Shown one piece after another: positions 35,218-39,432 of a DNA stretch of 39,432 nucleotides. The first letter of the stretch is position 1. Every line of letters begins with the position of its first letter. The notes under the pieces are model-generated. The model was not told the DNA's origin, ran no database searches, and saw only the letters and a program-made list of their open reading frames with translations. This DNA is from Candidatus Limnocylindrales bacterium. GTDB taxonomy: Bacteria; Chloroflexota; Limnocylindria; Limnocylindrales; CSP1-4. The translations under genes were made by a program, and so were the position numbers. The DNA lies in contig DASQLS010000182.1 in NCBI GenBank assembly GCA_035629915.1, forward strand, positions 1 through 39,432. The letters run 5' to 3'.

Positions 35218-36314
35218 CCACCGATCCGGCCTCGTCGGCCGTCTCCGTGCGCGATTTCGAGAGACTGGCGGCCGAGCGGCTCGACCAGGCGGCGTTCGAC
35301 TACATCGCCGGTGGCGCGGGCGACGAACGAACCCTTGCCGCCAACGAATCGGCGTTCGATGGGTGGCAGCTACGGCCCCGCGTCCTGGTCGACGTTTCAA
35401 CGGTGGACGCTTCGACCACTTTCCTCGGTCGAGCGGTGAGCGCGCCGTTCGGAGTCGCGCCGGTTGCCTTCCAGCATCTCGCGCATCCCGACGCCGAGCC
35501 GGCACTGGCCGCCGCGGCCGCCGCGGCCGGAGTTCCGTACTGCCTGTCGACGATGTCGTCGCGCTCGATGGAGGATGTAGCCGCGGCGGCCGAGGCGGCG
35601 GCCGAGGCGACCGGCGGCAGCGGCATGCGCTGGTTCCAGCTTTACGTGCACCGCGACCGGACGCGGTCGGCCGGCCTTGTTCAGCGCGCAGCGACGGCCG
35701 GCTACGGTGCCCTCGTGGTCACGGTCGACCTGCCGGTCGCAGGCAGCCGCGATCGCGACCGGCGCAATCAACTCGCCTACCCGCAGGTGTTCGGCAACTT
35801 CCCTGCGTCGGACACGGGCGCGACGGATGAGGCGATCGCGGTCATCATCGGTGGCCTCAACGACGCATCGTTCACTTGGTCCGACCTGGCCTGGCTGCGC
35901 TCACTGACCGACCTGCCGCTGGTCATCAAGGGCATCCTGACCGCCGAGGACGCCGCGCTCGCCGTCGATCACGGTGCGGCCGCGGTGATCGTCTCGAACC
36001 ACGGCGGCCGGCAGCTGGACCGGACGCCGCCGGCGATCGAGGTGCTGCCCGAGGTTGTCGAGGCGGTGCGCGGTCGTGCCGAGGTCTACGTCGACGGCGG
36101 CGTCCGGCGCGGCGCGGACGTTCTGATCGCGCTGGCCCTCGGCGCACGCGGCGTGTTCGTGGGGCGGCCGCCTGTCTTCGGCCTGGCCGTCGGCGGCGAG
36201 CGGGGCGCGCGGCAAATGCTCGACATCCTCGCTGCCGAGGTGCGCACTGATATGGCGCTGCTGGGCGTTAGGAGGCCGGACGAGATCGGCGCCCATCACG
36301 TGCGCCGCCGCTAG
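35214..36314 (+). CDS. FMN-dependent alpha-hydroxy-acid oxidase/dehydrogenase (LldD / glycolate oxidase family)
   Basis: FDYIAGGAGDERT, RPRVLVDVS, VSNHGGRQLD and DGGVRRGADVLIALALGA are the family signature blocks. The TTG start overlaps the MFS stop by 4 nt. Confidence 0.85.
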   Translation: MTTDPASSAVSVRDFERLAAERLDQAAFDYIAGGAGDERTLAANESAFDGWQLRPRVLVDVSTVDASTTFLGRAVSAPFGVAPVAFQHLAHPDAEPALAAAAAAAGVPYCLSTMSSRSMEDVAAAAEAAAEATGGSGMRWFQLYVHRDRTRSAGLVQRAATAGYGALVVTVDLPVAGSRDRDRRNQLAYPQVFGNFPASDTGATDEAIAVIIGGLNDASFTWSDLAWLRSLTDLPLVIKGILTAEDAALAVDHGAAAVIVSNHGGRQLDRTPPAIEVLPEVVEAVRGRAEVYVDGGVRRGADVLIALALGARGVFVGRPPVFGLAVGGERGARQMLDILAAEVRTDMALLGVRRPDEIGAHHVRRR

Positions 36315-36411
36315 TCAGGCGGAGCTGGTTCCCTCCGGAGGGCCGAACATGGCCCTCGTCTATACTTCTGGACCCGTGCGTACGCTTCTGAGCGCGCCGC
36401 GGGTCCTCGGT

Positions 36412-36488
<77 letters not shown>

Positions 36489-36539
36489 TTTCCACTTCTG
36501 TCCGTAACTTGTGTTGGCCCGCGGATCCCGGTCGTCGAC

Positions 36540-37721
36540 CTAGTCGGTGCCGACCCTGACCTGGATGTCGCCGCTGTAGTGGACCGGCGCCCAGTGTTTG
36601 TACGCAACGACCGTATGGTCGCCGTGCGCCACGCCGATCGGGATTGAGTAGTTCGCCGGAGTAGTGGAGACCGACGTTGGAGTGCTCCAGGTGGTGCCAT
36701 CTGAGCTCTGCTGGTAGAAGACCTCGGTCGTCGCCGGGTTAGTTGTCGTGACCGTCCGGCCGTAGGTGACGCGAACGACACCGCCACTGAGATTCATCCG
36801 AGGCCACGCCAAGGCGTCGTTGCCTGGCGCGATCTTTACACCGGCAGACCACGTGGCACCGCCGTTGATCGAGCGGCGAACCCAGGGGGCCGATCCTGTT
36901 GCTGTTGGCTTCGTGTACCCGAGGTAAACCCGCTGACCCTCGGCGACAAGCTGAAACCCGAGCGCCCCCGAACCGGCGTATGCCAATTGCGTTGACGCAG
37001 ACCAACTGCTTCCGCCGATTGACTTGCGTACGAGAACGCCCTCTCCTGGCAGGCCGACGCCGGCGTAGACGATGCCGTCACCGACCGCGACGCTAAAACT
37101 CGGGTTGTGGTCGTAATGTCCCGACCAAAGCGCGCGCTTGGAATCGAAAGTGGCTCCACCATCGTGACTCACGCGGATGAACAGCTTGCCCTTGTTGAAC
37201 GCGTTCCACGCGACGACGACAAGCCCATTCGGTCCACGAGCCACGTCGGGATAGGACCCTGAGCCGCCCGAGAGCGATATCGAGGGGCTGAAGGTGACGC
37301 CACCGTCCAGACTGCGTGAGTACCGAATTCCTCGATTGGCCGAGTCCTCCAACCACGCCACATCCACTGCCGTCCCGTACGAGCTGATGCTCCGCGCCCA
37401 CGAATCGCGTGTGGCGCTCCCGGGCCGCGAAACTCGAACGCGGGGTTGCCAGGTGAGTCCGCCATCGGCGCTGCGAACGACGTAAATGTCGGTGGCACCG
37501 GTTTCGGCGACAGTCTCGCCATAGGAGGCAACGAGCGCCGAGCCGCCTGCTGTCACCAGGCCCACAGGCCACGAGTGGAACTTGTTGTAGGTCTCGGCGC
37601 TGCTACTCCAGATCGTGACCGGCTCGCCCCAGTCAGCACCGATTGCGATGCCTGAGAGCGATAGTGAGAGCAGGGTGGCGCCAACGAGTGCGCTGGCGAA
37701 AGTGGACCGAATTCGTCGCAT
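36540..37721 (-). CDS. secreted BNR/Asp-box repeat beta-propeller protein (sialidase-superfamily fold)
   Basis: Signal peptide ([29 protein letters not shown]). Five Asp-box (SxDxGxTW/F) motifs: [42 protein letters not shown] gaggag lies 8 nt before the ATG. No catalytic assignment is possible. Confidence 0.8.
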   Translation of the reverse strand: MRRIRSTFASALVGATLLSLSLSGIAIGADWGEPVTIWSSSAETYNKFHSWPVGLVTAGGSALVASYGETVAETGATDIYVVRSADGGLTWQPRVRVSRPGSATRDSWARSISSYGTAVDVAWLEDSANRGIRYSRSLDGGVTFSPSISLSGGSGSYPDVARGPNGLVVVAWNAFNKGKLFIRVSHDGGATFDSKRALWSGHYDHNPSFSVAVGDGIVYAGVGLPGEGVLVRKSIGGSSWSASTQLAYAGSGALGFQLVAEGQRVYLGYTKPTATGSAPWVRRSINGGATWSAGVKIAPGNDALAWPRMNLSGGVVRVTYGRTVTTTNPATTEVFYQQSSDGTTWSTPTSVSTTPANYSIPIGVAHGDHTVVAYKHWAPVHYSGDIQVRVGTD

Positions 37722-38074
37722 GCCGTGGTCTCCTCGGTGGTTCCGCGCCGACTGGGCAGGGGAACTCCACTAGTGGACACCCGGTTGCGGCGAGACGCAA
37801 TGCGTGGAACCACCTGAAACGACACGTAAGCCGGTTTGGGTACCGCGGAGGCGACCGACGACACGCGGTCGTGCTTATGGCAAGTGACGGGAACTCCTCA
37901 TTCCTAATTGTCGGGCCCCCGTGACCGCATGGTTCCGTGTCCCACCGTTGATCGTCGATGGTCCGTGGCTCGGGCGTTTCATCCCAACGGGGCGATGCAG
38001 GCCGTCCTCAATATCGGCGAGATTGTGGCCGCTGAGCACGGCACTCGTGTTTCTGAGAGAGGGTCCCCAAGGCG

Positions 38075-38851
38075 ATGACCGGTCAGCTCCTGGATCCGCT
38101 CCCAGTTCTGGCGATCACGATCATCTTCGCGATCATCGCGCTGATCGGCTATGAAGTCGGCTTTCGTATCGGACGCTGGTGGCAGCACCGGACGCCGGGC
38201 GAGCAAGAGGGACCTACGGGCACCCTCGTCGGCGCGATCCTTGCGCTGATGGCCTTCCTGCTGGCGGTGACGATGAGCATGGCGTCGGATCGCTTCGATA
38301 CCCGCCGCGGCCTGGTTCTCCAGGAGTCGAATGCGATCGGCACGACCTACCTGCGCGCCGGCTACCTGCCCGCGCCGGCCAACCTCGAGATGCGCGTCCT
38401 GTTGCGCGAGTACGTGCCGCTGCGCATTGCTCCACCGACCGCCGCTCAGCTCGCACAGCAGATCGCGCGATCCGAAGAGCTGCTCCAGGAGATGTGGGTG
38501 ATCGCCGAGGAGGTAGCGCGCACGAACGGCAACGACGTAAACGCGCTGTTCATCGAATCGCTCAACGAGGTCATCGACCTGCACGAGTCGCGTGTCGTCG
38601 CGGGCGTGTACGCGCGCGTGCCGGAGACGGTCATCCTGCTTCTGGCGATTGGCGCCATCCTGTCGCTGGTGATGCTCGGCTACAGCGCCGGGATCACAGA
38701 GCGCCGCAGCGTGCTGAGCGCGGTGGTGCTGGTGATTGCGCTCGGCGCTGTGCTGACGCTGGTGATCGACCTCGACCGACCGCGCGATGGCTTCATCACG
38801 GTCAGTCAACAGCCGTTACTGGACCTGCAGAGAAACATCAGCGACGACTGA
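38075..38851 (+). CDS. DUF4239-like (bestrophin-like) membrane protein
   Basis: Layout from memory of the family: an N-terminal TM, a second TM ending in ...SDRFDTRRGLVLQESNAIGTTYLRAGYLP, a helical middle, and two C-terminal TMs followed by DLDRPRDGFITVS. I cannot verify the family assignment here. Confidence 0.55.
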   Translation: MTGQLLDPLPVLAITIIFAIIALIGYEVGFRIGRWWQHRTPGEQEGPTGTLVGAILALMAFLLAVTMSMASDRFDTRRGLVLQESNAIGTTYLRAGYLPAPANLEMRVLLREYVPLRIAPPTAAQLAQQIARSEELLQEMWVIAEEVARTNGNDVNALFIESLNEVIDLHESRVVAGVYARVPETVILLLAIGAILSLVMLGYSAGITERRSVLSAVVLVIALGAVLTLVIDLDRPRDGFITVSQQPLLDLQRNISDD

Positions 38852-38901
38852 CGCGAGGCTTCGGCGCGGGCCGATTCCTGCGACGGCAGTAGGCTTGCCA
38901 A

Positions 38902-39432
38902 ATGGCTCGCCTCGCATGGCTCGGCGCACTCCTTCTGGTCGCTTGCTCGGCGCCGACGGCCAGTCCAACTGCCAGCCCAGGACGGCCGAGCCCGACTGAG
39001 CAGACAACGGCGAGCATTCCGCCCACGCCAAGCAGCGCGCCGACGCCTTCAAGCGAGACGACCCCAAGCAATACGGAGCCTCCGCCTGAACCGAGCGCAT
39101 CGGCGACTGGGCCAACAGTTCTCTCCTTCCCGCGCGTGGCACAGGAGCCTCTCATCGAGGGCCGCTACTCGAGCTCGCCTCCGTTCGACGTTCCGTTCAC
39201 GTTCGAAGTCATCGGCGAGGAATGGGAGAGTGGCCATCTCCACGGCGACTTCTTCGATCTGCTGAAGATTCCCGACTCGTCGCCGGGGATGCCATCGCGT
39301 TGGATCGCCTTCGGACTGCCGACGGTCATCCATGGTGATCCAGACACACCGACGTCCGATCTGTCACCGGCCGATGCGGCCGAGCTGCTGGCCGCGCGGA
39401 GCGACCTCGAATCGAGCGAGCCCTCCGATGTG
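38902..39432 (+). CDS. putative lipoprotein (3' end outside window)
   Basis: ATG 38902 is followed by a lipobox signal MARLAWLGALLLVAC|S and a Pro/Ser/Thr-rich linker. The frame stays open to the window end. It is absent from the ORF track, presumably because no stop is reached. Confidence 0.6.
   Translation, partial: MARLAWLGALLLVACSAPTASPTASPGRPSPTEQTTASIPPTPSSAPTPSSETTPSNTEPPPEPSASATGPTVLSFPRVAQEPLIEGRYSSSPPFDVPFTFEVIGEEWESGHLHGDFFDLLKIPDSSPGMPSRWIAFGLPTVIHGDPDTPTSDLSPADAAELLAARSDLESSEPSDV

Noticed and set aside
37722-38074. A 353-nt spacer between the BNR gene and the DUF4239-like gene, with gggaactcc occurring twice (37760 and 37889).
   Set aside because: A single 9-mer recurrence is within chance expectation. 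I saw no convincing hairpin series, ORF or RNA motif. It is most simply a divergent promoter region.

Overview
This is a 39.4 kb, visibly GC-rich window (about two-thirds G+C by eye, not computed). It is densely packed with about 37 protein genes on both strands and two tRNA-Pro genes (anticodons UGG and CGG). Most of the content is ordinary chromosomal housekeeping:
- Cell shape and envelope: radC-mreB-mreC, a LysM protein, a Ppm1-like GT2 and a GT4 glycosyltransferase, a membrane parvulin PPIase, and ResB.
- Nucleotide house-cleaning and RNA processing: overlapping mazG-rph-rdgB.
- Metabolism: an LLM-type oxidoreductase, a Cys/Met PLP enzyme, type III glutamine synthetase, an FMN alpha-hydroxy-acid oxidase, and an enoyl-reductase-like SDR.
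- Repair: Tag.
- Small regulatory modules: an ECF sigma factor with a membrane beta-propeller partner, arsR-arsM, and a GGDEF protein.

Gene content and codon bias fit a high-GC lineage such as Chloroflexota or Actinomycetota; this is inference only. I found no CRISPR array, transposase, integrase, toxin-antitoxin pair or recognisable defence genes, and I cannot point to a convincing complete novel system.

The observations most worth a second look are:
1. A 30-nt copy of the tRNA-Pro(UGG) 3' end lies 1.95 kb downstream of the intact tRNA. The two copies bracket exactly the ECF sigma/partner pair, giving att-like island geometry without an integrase.
2. A 49-bp unit repeated perfectly in tandem (50-bp period) spans the stop codons of the convergent mreC and LysM genes.
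3. An unusually long (200 bp), AT-richer convergent spacer carries repeated TTGTG-N9-CACAA hairpins.
4. A secreted protein combines FlgD-Ig-like domains with a possible clan-CD-like His/Cys domain.
5. A 15-residue-repeat beta-solenoid-like protein is translationally coupled to the parvulin.
6. The ResB gene has conserved N-terminal sequence upstream of any canonical start codon.

The many long alternative-frame ORFs in the track are GC-composition artefacts.
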